Part shown: positions 18,672 through 26,468 of the stretch, in pieces
How the letters are laid out: the number at the start of each line of letters is the position of its first letter
Numbering within the stretch: the stretch's first letter is position 1
Source: an uncultured virus (IMG/VR IMGVR_UViG_3300009784_000011)
Lineage: Duplodnaviria > Heunggongvirae > Uroviricota > Caudoviricetes
Strand: one strand, 5' to 3'
Virus record (IMG/VR): IMGVR_UViG_3300009784_000011
Span: 1-64,000 of that record
DNA length: 64,000 nucleotides
Notes under the pieces: model-generated
What the model saw: the letters and a program-made list of their open reading frames with translations, nothing else
Told to the model about the DNA's origin: nothing
Databases searched by the model: none
Program-made: the position numbers and the translations under genes

Positions 18672-19151
18672 GTGGCATTGCCTCCCACCGGCTGGTCCCG
18701 CGTTTACGCTTATGTCATGGCAGAGCTTTACGACATGGCCACCGAGGATGTCCGCGATCCCGATAGCGCCCGCGCCCAGGCGATCAAGACAGCGGTACGC
18801 AACTACAAAGCGGCCCACAAGAAGCCACCCGAGCACTTGCAGCGGCTGGCCGACGAGCTCAACGGCCGGCCCGAGAAGAAGCCTGAGCCGGAGCCCGAGC
18901 CCCTCCCGGAGCCAGAGCCCGAGTCCGAACCCAAGCCGCAAGATTTCAGCGTCAGTGTCGATGGCGTGGATCAAGGCCCTGGGCAGGTGGACACGCGCCC
19001 CGACGACAGTCATCCCGGTGAACAGATCACGCCCGAATCCGGGCACAGGCCCAGGTCCAAGCCCAAGCCCGACGAACCGATCTTCCATGAGTTGCCCGGC
19101 CCTCTCTCGTCCCGCCGACCCCGCCGTAAACCCAAGGAGGAAACCAAGTGA
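18672..19151 (+). CDS. hypothetical protein with (PE)n linker
   Basis: 159-aa ORF, KPEPEPEPLPEPEPESEPKP; GTGA overlap with next gene. Confidence 0.6.
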   Translation: MALPPTGWSRVYAYVMAELYDMATEDVRDPDSARAQAIKTAVRNYKAAHKKPPEHLQRLADELNGRPEKKPEPEPEPLPEPEPESEPKPQDFSVSVDGVDQGPGQVDTRPDDSHPGEQITPESGHRPRSKPKPDEPIFHELPGPLSSRRPRRKPKEETK

Positions 19152-19408
19152 CGACTGCCATCAGCACTCCCGAGGGGCCCGTCGACACCGTCAACTACAG
19201 CACCCCCGCTCCCGAGGACGGGACGATCTACCAGCGCGACCCGGCCACCGGCGACGTCTACATCGTGGCCGTCTTCGACCGCAACCCCTACAGCACCGGC
19301 CGTGGCGAGGGCGGCTGGTGCAACCAGACCATCCCGCCGCAGGTGCCACCGCGCACCCCGATTTCGGCGGGCTACACGATGGTCGACGGAAGCTGGACGA
19401 GTGGCTGA
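19148..19408 (+). CDS. hypothetical protein
   Basis: AAGGAGG RBS; overlaps both neighbours. Confidence 0.65.
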   Translation: MTTAISTPEGPVDTVNYSTPAPEDGTIYQRDPATGDVYIVAVFDRNPYSTGRGEGGWCNQTIPPQVPPRTPISAGYTMVDGSWTSG

Positions 19409-20075
19409 GGACGACGAGGAATGGATCGCGGCCCGTAAGGAAGCGGCTCTGCGTGTCCACAAGGACCCGATCCTCGACCTCATCGACACGCGCGACCCGG
19501 ACTGGAATCTCTACGTCCAGCGCGACATCCACTACCTACTGCGCGCGGCCGGCAAGACGATCCGGCAATACTGCGGGTGGCACATCTACCCCAATATCAC
19601 CGAAACGCTCTACGACCAGGAGCTGGGCTCGGGCGGTCGGATCATCCTGCCCACGCTGTTTTTGACCGACGTGCTGTCGGTGAAGCTGCGCTTCGGCTCA
19701 CCCGACCGACTGTTCGAGCTGAGTCCTCACGAGTACAGCTGGTGGCAGAACGGCTACATCATGCCTAATCGCCAGCCCTGGTCCGGGCGCGACTGGACCG
19801 GCTACTACTACGAGCCCGGGCCCACGTTCCTGCCGGTGACCCGGCCCGGCTTCGCCCACGTCACCATCTGTCACGGCTATGACCGGGTGCCTGACGACAT
19901 CCGGCAGGTGACCTTCGAGCTGGCCCGCTGGACGCAGGAGATGCCTATCGGCGGCAACGTGAGGATGATCAGCTCGCCGGGCTTCCGGCTGGCGCTCAAC
20001 CAGGGCATGGGGATGAACCTGAACCCCGACCAGAAGCTACGCCTGGGCAACTACTGCATCGGGAACTTCAAGTGA
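19401..20075 (+). CDS. head-to-tail adaptor
   Basis: LLRAAGKTIRQYCGWHIYP...LPTL...HGYDRVPDDIRQV pattern typical of actinophage adaptors; synteny. Confidence 0.75.
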   Translation: MAEDDEEWIAARKEAALRVHKDPILDLIDTRDPDWNLYVQRDIHYLLRAAGKTIRQYCGWHIYPNITETLYDQELGSGGRIILPTLFLTDVLSVKLRFGSPDRLFELSPHEYSWWQNGYIMPNRQPWSGRDWTGYYYEPGPTFLPVTRPGFAHVTICHGYDRVPDDIRQVTFELARWTQEMPIGGNVRMISSPGFRLALNQGMGMNLNPDQKLRLGNYCIGNFK

Positions 20076-20374
20076 GCCGCATGGACGTCTCCGGCTGGCA
20101 CAGCAAGGTGATCCGCGAGATAGAGCGCCAGCACGCGGCACGCCAGCATCCTCCTCTGCACTCGGGTTGGCGGGTCGCGCGTCTTGAGGTCAATGCTGAT
20201 GATTGGCAAGAGGTGGGAGCCGAGCTGAAACGCAGCGCCACCGGCGACCCGCTGTACCTGCCGCCTGATGCTGAGCTCAACGCGGCGGCGGAAGCCGGGG
20301 CGGTGGGAACGATGCACGGCATTCCCGTCTGGCTGTCGCCCACCCTCCCCCGTGGCCGGGTGGACGCTAGATGA
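20072..20374 (+). CDS. hypothetical protein
   Basis: 100-aa ORF, GTGA overlap. Confidence 0.55.
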   Translation: MSRMDVSGWHSKVIREIERQHAARQHPPLHSGWRVARLEVNADDWQEVGAELKRSATGDPLYLPPDAELNAAAEAGAVGTMHGIPVWLSPTLPRGRVDAR

Positions 20375-20470
20375 TTCCGACTCGGTGGGCTGCGCATACC
20401 GACCATAAGGCAGACGGCAAATGATAGCTTCGGCTGATGTCGCTGAACCTTTAATTCTGGGAATAACGCA

Positions 20471-20614
20471 ATGACTCCGACCCTATTCGCACGCCTCGCG
20501 ACCGCCATCCGGGCGATCCTGTTCAACATCACGCACCCGCACCGGATGCCTCAGTGCCGACACGGCTTTGCCCCTGACCAGGGGTTGGGCCTGTGGTGCC
20601 CGGCATGTCGATAA
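20471..20614 (+). CDS. small hypothetical protein
   Basis: MTPTLFARLATAIRAILFNITHPHRMPQCRHG...WCPACR; read manually. Confidence 0.4.
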   Translation: MTPTLFARLATAIRAILFNITHPHRMPQCRHGFAPDQGLGLWCPACR

Positions 20615-21012
20615 TCCCTAGCCCGTGGGCCATCGCCTACGCGCACCGGCACTTCACCGGCACCAAGGACTCGCACGGCAACAAGAAGCGCATCACCGAC
20701 CCGCCCGAGATACGGATGGTGATGAGCATCGCCCAGCCGGGCCGCTTCGGCGCCAGCCGCGAGGTCATCTCCGCCGAGAACCTGCTGCGCGACGAGACCG
20801 CGCTGATGATGGCGGTCGCCGACCCGACGATCTACTACGTCGATGACTCCATCTGGATCTTCCCCGAGTTCGACAAGTACGGCTGCCTGATCCCGGGCTC
20901 AGGCATCGCCTACTGGATCATGGGCACACCCGCCGATGACCGCCAGGGGCCGTGGCCGGATCTACTGGCCATGTTCGGCGGCGTCGTTAGATGTAAACGA
21001 GTCAGCGGCTAA
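20605..21012 (+). CDS. head-to-tail stopper (probable)
   Basis: KDSHGN N-terminal motif, ends GGVVRCKRVSG; synteny. Confidence 0.6.
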   Translation: MSIIPSPWAIAYAHRHFTGTKDSHGNKKRITDPPEIRMVMSIAQPGRFGASREVISAENLLRDETALMMAVADPTIYYVDDSIWIFPEFDKYGCLIPGSGIAYWIMGTPADDRQGPWPDLLAMFGGVVRCKRVSG

Positions 21013-21027
21013 TTAGACTTGCGGAGT

Positions 21028-21219
21028 ATGATTCGCAACTCTCTGAAAGCGATCGCCGCCGGCATCGGCGCGATCCTGAGCGTAGCCGTCGCGCTGGACG
21101 GCATCGGTTTCATCCCCGCCTCGGCCAGGGCAGTCACCAGCATCGTCATCGCCGTACTCACGCCGGTCGCCACCTGGCTGGCGCCCTACACCGCGACCGC
21201 GACCGAGACCGTTGACTGA
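21028..21219 (+). CDS. small two-helix membrane protein (holin-like)
   Basis: KAIAAGIGAILSVAVAL...IVIAVLTPVATWLAP; resembles C-terminus of 59107-59649. Confidence 0.6.
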   Translation: MIRNSLKAIAAGIGAILSVAVALDGIGFIPASARAVTSIVIAVLTPVATWLAPYTATATETVD

Positions 21220-21793
21220 GTTTGCCGGCGAGCTCGGCGAAGGCGCCTTTGGAGCGGCCGAAGCCGCCGGCGGTGACGAAGCCGAGGCCGGCGCTGGGAT
21301 CAGCCCGTGGCCAATGGACCTGGGCCACGGCAACTACATGGTGCTCGACCCGGCTGCAATCGAAGCGTTGTTCACCACCCCGCAAGCCAACGCGGCGGTA
21401 CAGGCCCGCGCCCAGTCGGTGATCGACATCGCCAACGGTCTGGCCGTGCTACACGGCGTGGTCTATGAAGCCGTGGAGATCAACACCGGGCCGTGGGCGA
21501 CGAACTTCTTTGGCGTTGAGACAACCCGGCCGGTGATCGTGGTGCGGCCCAAGAACTTCTGGGCCTATCTTGAGGAACAACAGCACTCCACCCTGATGAT
21601 CGCGGCTCACATGGCGGGCAACGACCCGAAGGTCACCTACGAGAATCTGTCACAGGGCCTTCCGCTGGACGAGTCCTTCGGCGGATTCAACACGCCGCTG
21701 GGTGTGGTGATGGGCGAGATGGAGGCGTTCTCCGAGGAGCCGGGAACCGGCGACACCGCGGGCGGCGGATTTGAGGAGGGGGCCACGACATGA
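21212..21793 (+). CDS. virion neck/tail-completion protein (putative)
   Basis: Position between stopper and terminator; LDPAAIEALF...VQARAQSV core with acidic flanks. Confidence 0.5.
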   Translation: MTEFAGELGEGAFGAAEAAGGDEAEAGAGISPWPMDLGHGNYMVLDPAAIEALFTTPQANAAVQARAQSVIDIANGLAVLHGVVYEAVEINTGPWATNFFGVETTRPVIVVRPKNFWAYLEEQQHSTLMIAAHMAGNDPKVTYENLSQGLPLDESFGGFNTPLGVVMGEMEAFSEEPGTGDTAGGGFEEGATT

Positions 21794-22302
21794 CGTCCTC
21801 CTACCCGATCACGGCGGCCATCCGGCCGTTTCCCACCATGCGGCCAATCCCGGTCGAGGACGTGGCGGTGGCCTACTTCACAGCGATGCTCGATCCGCTG
21901 GTGGTCTGCACCCGTAACCCCGAGTCGCTGCCAGGCGAAGACACGCCCGGGGAGTTCCTGAGAATTCAGGCCGGAGGTGGCCGCCAGCTGCCCAACTGGT
22001 ACTGGTTCGACATGAGTGTGATCCTGCACAGCTATGCGCCCAACGACCTGGAGACTCACGCCGAGCGCAACCTCGGCGATGCCATAGCGTGGGGCGCCAA
22101 CGCACAGGGCACGCTCGTCACCATTCCTAACGGCGACCAATACTGGATCACCTACAGCTTCGCCTCGGGCACGCTCACTCGTCTGGGCGATCCGCTGGTG
22201 GACATGATCCGTTACCGCGGCATGGTGACCTGGCGCGTGCAGGGTCACCAGCTGGCGCCCAATCCGGTGGTTCCGTCACCGGATGGCCAGCCCGCGGTAT
22301 GA
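21790..22302 (+). CDS. tail terminator (probable)
   Basis: PVEDVAVAYF...FLRIQAGGG...DPLVDMIRYRG; synteny before major tail gene. Confidence 0.65.
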   Translation: MTSSYPITAAIRPFPTMRPIPVEDVAVAYFTAMLDPLVVCTRNPESLPGEDTPGEFLRIQAGGGRQLPNWYWFDMSVILHSYAPNDLETHAERNLGDAIAWGANAQGTLVTIPNGDQYWITYSFASGTLTRLGDPLVDMIRYRGMVTWRVQGHQLAPNPVVPSPDGQPAV

Positions 22303-22369
22303 CCATCGTGATCGCGTGCGTGGCACTGGGGGTCTTCCTGGCGCTGCTACTGCACTTTGACCGTAGGGA

Positions 22370-23023
22370 ATGGTGATGGGCTTCATCGAGCAGCAGGCGA
22401 GCGCCTGGACGCAGATTGTGGACATGATGATCGAGCAGCCCACCAATGTGCTCATCAACGGGTCGATGAACGGCCCCGCAGCCAACATGGCCGGGAGCGC
22501 CAACGTGCGTCACGAGCTGCCGTTTTTGCTGCGCGAGTACAAGATCACCTCGATGCTCGACGTGCCATGCGGGGACCTGTCCTGGATTCGGCACACCGAC
22601 CTGCGCAGCCTCTATGTGTATATCGGCGTCGATGTCGACCGCCGGCTCATTGACGAGGCGCGCCGAGCGTGCCCAATGGGCGGGTTCATCTGCGCCAATA
22701 TCCTCACCCGCGAGAAGCTGCCTGTGGTCGATCTGATCCTGTGCCGGGACTTCCTCATGTGCCTGCCTGACGAGCACCTGCAGTCGGTGATCGAGAAGTT
22801 CAAATGCTCGGCGGCAGCGTACCTGTTGGCGAGTAACTACCCGGGCTCGTCGAACACCTTCGACTACCATCCCGAGCAGTTCCCTATCCTCGGTTACCTG
22901 GAGAGGCCGTACGATCTCACTGCGCCACCGTTCAACCTGGAGCAGATCGACGGCATCATCGAGAACCAAGCATCGGCAGGATTGGTGAGCAAACCGCATG
23001 AGCTGGCACTATTCAAAATCTGA
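22370..23023 (+). CDS. class I SAM-dependent methyltransferase (paralog of 4625-5362)
   Basis: SMLDVPCGDLSWI, YIGVDVD, VDLILCRDFL, YLERPYDLTAPPFNL. Confidence 0.8.
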   Translation: MVMGFIEQQASAWTQIVDMMIEQPTNVLINGSMNGPAANMAGSANVRHELPFLLREYKITSMLDVPCGDLSWIRHTDLRSLYVYIGVDVDRRLIDEARRACPMGGFICANILTREKLPVVDLILCRDFLMCLPDEHLQSVIEKFKCSAAAYLLASNYPGSSNTFDYHPEQFPILGYLERPYDLTAPPFNLEQIDGIIENQASAGLVSKPHELALFKI

Positions 23024-23035
23024 TGCAGAAATCTG

Positions 23036-23512
23036 ATGCAGCCTGAGTGGGCTGCCCGATTCTGGGCGAGGGTCGACAAGAACGGGCCCATCTCAGAGCT
23101 AGGCACTCCCTGTTGGATCTGGACAGGACCACAGGCCGGAAAGGGATACGGATATCCCTGCTTCAATGGCAAGCATGAGTACGCCCACCGGCTTGCCTGG
23201 GAACTGGCCTACGGCCCGATCGGCAATGGGCTCACTATCGACCATCGCTGTCACGTTCCGCTCTGTGTCAACGCCGAGCATCTACGCTGCGTGACGCAGA
23301 AGCAGAACATCGAAAACCAGCGAAACGGGATAAGACAGAGTGCCAACGGAGTTCGTGGAGTCACCCGAGGGAGATGGGGCGTCGGCTTCACCGCCCAGCT
23401 CAAGCATGAGGGAAAGTGCATCTACCTCGGTACATACGCCACGCTCGAGGAAGCCGAGCAGGCGGCGGTCAACGGCCGCGCAAGGCTATTCACCCATTCA
23501 GACGGACGTTAG
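23036..23512 (+). CDS. HNH endonuclease with AP2-like C-terminal domain
   Basis: RFWARVDK...CWIWTG...AHRLAWEL...IDHRCHVPLCVNAEHL...N; GVRGV...YLGTYATLEEA. Confidence 0.9.
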   Translation: MQPEWAARFWARVDKNGPISELGTPCWIWTGPQAGKGYGYPCFNGKHEYAHRLAWELAYGPIGNGLTIDHRCHVPLCVNAEHLRCVTQKQNIENQRNGIRQSANGVRGVTRGRWGVGFTAQLKHEGKCIYLGTYATLEEAEQAAVNGRARLFTHSDGR

Positions 23513-23513
23513 C

Positions 23514-23542
23514 TTGACAGGATCGCGGCCGGCTTTTAGCGT
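23514..23542 (+). promoter_or_regulatory. SigA-type promoter
   Basis: TTGACA 23514-23519, 17-bp spacer, TAGCGT 23537-23542; predicted start site at or near G23550. Confidence 0.8.
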
Positions 23543-23549
23543 GAATCGC

Positions 23550-23915
23550 GTGTAGGTAACCAATTCCGCAGGACCAGTCCCGGGCAAGCTCTATATCGCT
23601 GTCCGGGCTGATTTGTCTCCGGGGCTCGCGATGGCCCAAGCAGTCCACGCCGGTATCGACTTCAGCCTGAGATTCCCCGGGCTAGTTGAGGCATGGCATC
23701 GCGATTCCAACAATGTGGTGATCGTCGGCGCGCCCAACGAGGCGGGGCTGCTGATGCTCGACAGCCTCGCCTATTCGCTCGGCATGAAACACCAGCTCGT
23801 CACCGAGCCCGACATCGGCGACGCCGCCACCGCCATCGTCCTGGAGCCCGGCTCCCTGGCCAAGCGCATGTGCGCGGAGTTCCCGCTGGCGTTACGGGAG
23901 GACGCGGTGGCCTAA
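23550..23915 (+). CDS. Pth2-family peptidyl-tRNA hydrolase with in-frame TAG at codon 2
   Basis: GTG-TAG-GTA ACC... continues in frame as VTNSAGPVPGKLYIAVRADLSPGLAMAQAVHAG...EPDIGDAATAIVLEP; the conserved KxYIxVRxDL strand lies upstream of the first alternative start (TTG 23613). Confidence 0.8.
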
Positions 23916-23920
23916 GACCC

Positions 23921-23973
23921 GGCGGCGGGGCGCTTGCGCCCGTAAGGAGGTTCGAAGCCTTCCGCCGCCACCA
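23921..23973 (+). ncRNA. 53-nt tRNA-like RNA lacking D and anticodon arms
   Basis: GGCGGCG/CGCCGCC acceptor stem, GGGCG-CTTG-CGCCC hairpin, GGAGG-TTCGAAG-CCTTC T-arm, discriminator A and CCA. Confidence 0.7.
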
Positions 23974-24012
23974 GCCGCGAGTCATGGCGACAGATGAGGC
24001 CCTAACCCTCTA

Positions 24013-24690
24013 TCAGCCCGGTCCGATCCCGGGGCGCGGCGCTTGACCGCCCGGTTTCGGGCGCCGGTGAAACCCCGAATGCTGTGCGTAGAGGTGCTCG
24101 GGATTCACGCAACCCTCATTGCGGCAGCTGCGCAGGATGACCGTGCGCGCCGGGATGGGCCCGTAGTGCAGCTCCCAGCAGTAGCGGTGCGCCAGCATGG
24201 TCTTGCCATTGACGCCGATGGTGGGCCGGCCGCGCCAGCCCCAGCAGTTGTTCTCCGGGCTCATCTGCACGCGGTCCCAGAACCGTTCCTCGGGCGTGCG
24301 CGTGATGAAGACCTCGCCGGGATCGCCGGTCTTGAGCCACGTCATGTAGTGGCTCACGCACCAGCCCCGGCAGTGCGCCGAGCGGGTGCAGCCGTCGACG
24401 ATGCACTTGGCCCACTGGGGACGCTTGAGCTCGACATTGGCGAACTTCGCGCCGATCGAGCGCCAGTAGGACCGACGTGCCGCGGTGCTGCCGGCCTTCC
24501 AGACACGCAGGTCGGGCTCCATTGTGACCTCCACCAGCCCGCGGTCCGAGAGTGCCTTGACGGCCCGGTACGCCTGTGCGCGGGTGATGGCCAGCGCGGT
24601 GGCGATGCGACCGGTGGTCAGGTATCGGCGGGTATCGCGCTCAAGAAGCGCCAGGATGCGGCGCTGCACGGACCCGATGGAGCGGCTCAC
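24013..24690 (-). CDS. wHTH + zinc finger + degenerate HNH protein
   Basis: N-terminal HTH (LTTGRIATALAITRAQAYRAVKALSDRGLV), CIVDGC...GWCVSHY, RFWDRV...AHRYCWEL...ILRSC...CVNPEHL; GTG 6 nt after TACGGT. Confidence 0.75.
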   Translation of the reverse strand: MSRSIGSVQRRILALLERDTRRYLTTGRIATALAITRAQAYRAVKALSDRGLVEVTMEPDLRVWKAGSTAARRSYWRSIGAKFANVELKRPQWAKCIVDGCTRSAHCRGWCVSHYMTWLKTGDPGEVFITRTPEERFWDRVQMSPENNCWGWRGRPTIGVNGKTMLAHRYCWELHYGPIPARTVILRSCRNEGCVNPEHLYAQHSGFHRRPKPGGQAPRPGIGPG

Positions 24691-24822
24691 AAAAAAACCG
24701 TATAGAAGTGCACGGCTTTATGGTATTCGCCCGGTCGGTCACTGCGGTGTTTCGCCGCGACGGCGCCTTACATCGCTGTAATTCTGGGAGCCGGGCCACC
24801 CTCTATTCCAAGGAGTAGACGA

Positions 24823-25482
24823 ATGACCAGCCTGTATCCCGACGCGGGGACGCTACCGCCTACCGGACAGGGCATCGTCTCTGAAGCACAAGAGATCGTT
24901 GCCCCGTTTCCTAAGGTCACCGGCGGTGTGCTGTGGGCGCCCCTGGGCAGTCCCATTCCCACCGACTCGGTGACCCCGCTGTCTTCCGATTACGTGAGCC
25001 TGGGCCGCGTGTCCGACGTCGGTGTGATCCGAAACGAGGACCGTCCGTCCACCGACCAGCACGACTGGGGTGGCGACCTGATCGCGATCCTGCAGCAGTC
25101 CTACAGCATGACGATCAAGTTCTCCCTGTTGCAGCTGATGAACGCCGACGTGCAGGGTGCGGCGCACGGCCACAATAACGTCACTGTGACAAATGCGACC
25201 GCCACCAGCGGTACCCAGATCGCCGTGAAGTACAACAGCCAGCTGCTCGACTACGGCCAGTGGGTCATCGACGCGTACTTCATCAACATGACCATGCGGC
25301 TGTTCATCCCGTATGGGCGCCTGACCGTCATCGGTCCGATGACCTGGGTGCACAAGGCGCTGGCGATGGCCGAGCTGACGCTGCGACCGTTCCCTGACCT
25401 CAACAACAACATGGCCTATGAGTATTGGGATGACGGTGTGTTGGCCACTGCCGCAGCGGGTTCCGGTACGTCGGGCACCTAA
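24823..25482 (+). CDS. major tail protein
   Basis: GGVLWAPLG..IPTD...LGRVSDVGV...DWGGD mycobacteriophage tail-tube pattern; AAGGAG RBS; synteny. Confidence 0.85.
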   Translation: MTSLYPDAGTLPPTGQGIVSEAQEIVAPFPKVTGGVLWAPLGSPIPTDSVTPLSSDYVSLGRVSDVGVIRNEDRPSTDQHDWGGDLIAILQQSYSMTIKFSLLQLMNADVQGAAHGHNNVTVTNATATSGTQIAVKYNSQLLDYGQWVIDAYFINMTMRLFIPYGRLTVIGPMTWVHKALAMAELTLRPFPDLNNNMAYEYWDDGVLATAAAGSGTSGT

Positions 25483-25494
25483 CAGGAGGTTGAT

Positions 25495-25995
25495 TTGACC
25501 GTCATGGCGGACCGTAAAGCAACACGCAAGGCCACGCCGCCACGGAAAGCGGCCGCGCGCAAGGCTCCAGCTAAGCGCGCGGCCAAAGCCGTGCCCATCG
25601 AGATTCCCGATCTCAACGGCCAGCGCCCCCCGGAGCCCTTCCCGCCTACGCCCGAATCCGGGCAGGCCGCACCCAAGCCCGCAGTGCCCGACCATCCCTA
25701 CGGAAACGTCCCGGTCTATATCTTCCATCCCAAGGTGGTGCGGCCCGGCGACAGTATGGACCCCATCGTCTTCCCGGCGATCACCACGATCAACGCCGAC
25801 GTCGAGTTCTTCTGGGAGCTCGACGAGATGGACCCGATGCACCAGGCGTTCCGCTACATGAAGAAGGCCAACGTGCCGCGCGAAGTCCAGCGCCGGGTGG
25901 TGCGACTGCCGGAAACCGAGGCCGCGCGGTTCCTCAACGGATGGTTCAAGGGTGTGCTGCTGCCGGAGGGAGTTGAACCGCCGGGGGAATCCTGA
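25495..25995 (+). CDS. tail assembly chaperone (short form)
   Basis: Follows major tail gene, AGGAGG RBS, ends PPGES over the slippery sequence. Confidence 0.8.
   Translation: MTVMADRKATRKATPPRKAAARKAPAKRAAKAVPIEIPDLNGQRPPEPFPPTPESGQAAPKPAVPDHPYGNVPVYIFHPKVVRPGDSMDPIVFPAITTINADVEFFWELDEMDPMHQAFRYMKKANVPREVQRRVVRLPETEAARFLNGWFKGVLLPEGVEPPGES
25983..25989 (+). other. -1 programmed frameshift site G GGG GAA
   Basis: X XXX XAA-type slippery heptamer; a -1 shift enters the frame of 25995-26468. Confidence 0.8.
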
Positions 25996-26468
25996 TGGTC
26001 GGTGCGGTGATCACGCGGCACTGGCCGGCCTTGGTGCGCGATGTCCTCGCGCTGGGCTACCGGCCAACCGACCTGTTCACCAAGCTGAGCTTCTCCGAAG
26101 TCGCCTGCATCATCATCGCCTCACCTCCCAACAGCGCGGTGCGCCATTCCGTCGACAAGGGCTGGAGCCGCGAGGCGCACCTGCTGGCGAACATGGCCGA
26201 AGGTGAGGCCGGCATCGCCAAGATCAAGGAGCCCTATCAACGGCCCGGCGTGACCGAACGCCAGTCCGACGACCCCACCCAGAACCCGTTCTTCACCGCC
26301 GATGCGCTGACCTGGGAGGAATTCGACCGGCGTGAGAAAGAACGCTACGACCCCAACCGTAAGCACGTGAAACGACCCGGTAGCAGTCATTCCCGGGCGC
26401 TGCAGAGCTCGGGCCCCCGCCCGGTTCCTAAGGTCAACGAACTGAAGTTCGGCAGGAACCGTAAATGA
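25995..26468 (+). CDS. tail assembly chaperone, frameshift extension
   Basis: -1 frame ORF (HWPALVRDVLALGY...WSREAHLLANM) ending at the tape measure start. Confidence 0.8.
   Translation: MVGAVITRHWPALVRDVLALGYRPTDLFTKLSFSEVACIIIASPPNSAVRHSVDKGWSREAHLLANMAEGEAGIAKIKEPYQRPGVTERQSDDPTQNPFFTADALTWEEFDRREKERYDPNRKHVKRPGSSHSRALQSSGPRPVPKVNELKFGRNRK

Noticed and set aside
18238..19665. 475-aa plus-strand ORF
   Set aside because: Pro/Arg/Ser-rich alternate frame across four better-supported coupled genes.
23340..23549. 71-aa ORF upstream of and in frame with Pth2 as its true N-terminus
   Set aside because: Lies out of frame inside the HNH gene and spans the promoter; composition looks non-coding.
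23895..23973. Full-length canonical or amber-suppressor tRNA
   Set aside because: The upstream GGTGGCCTAA looks D-arm-like but its 5' flank cannot pair with the 3' acceptor strand; no 7-nt anticodon loop with CUA is present.
20452..24789. TAATTCTGGGA shared at 20452 and 24779 as a late-promoter motif
   Set aside because: Only two copies noticed; too little to support without a motif search.
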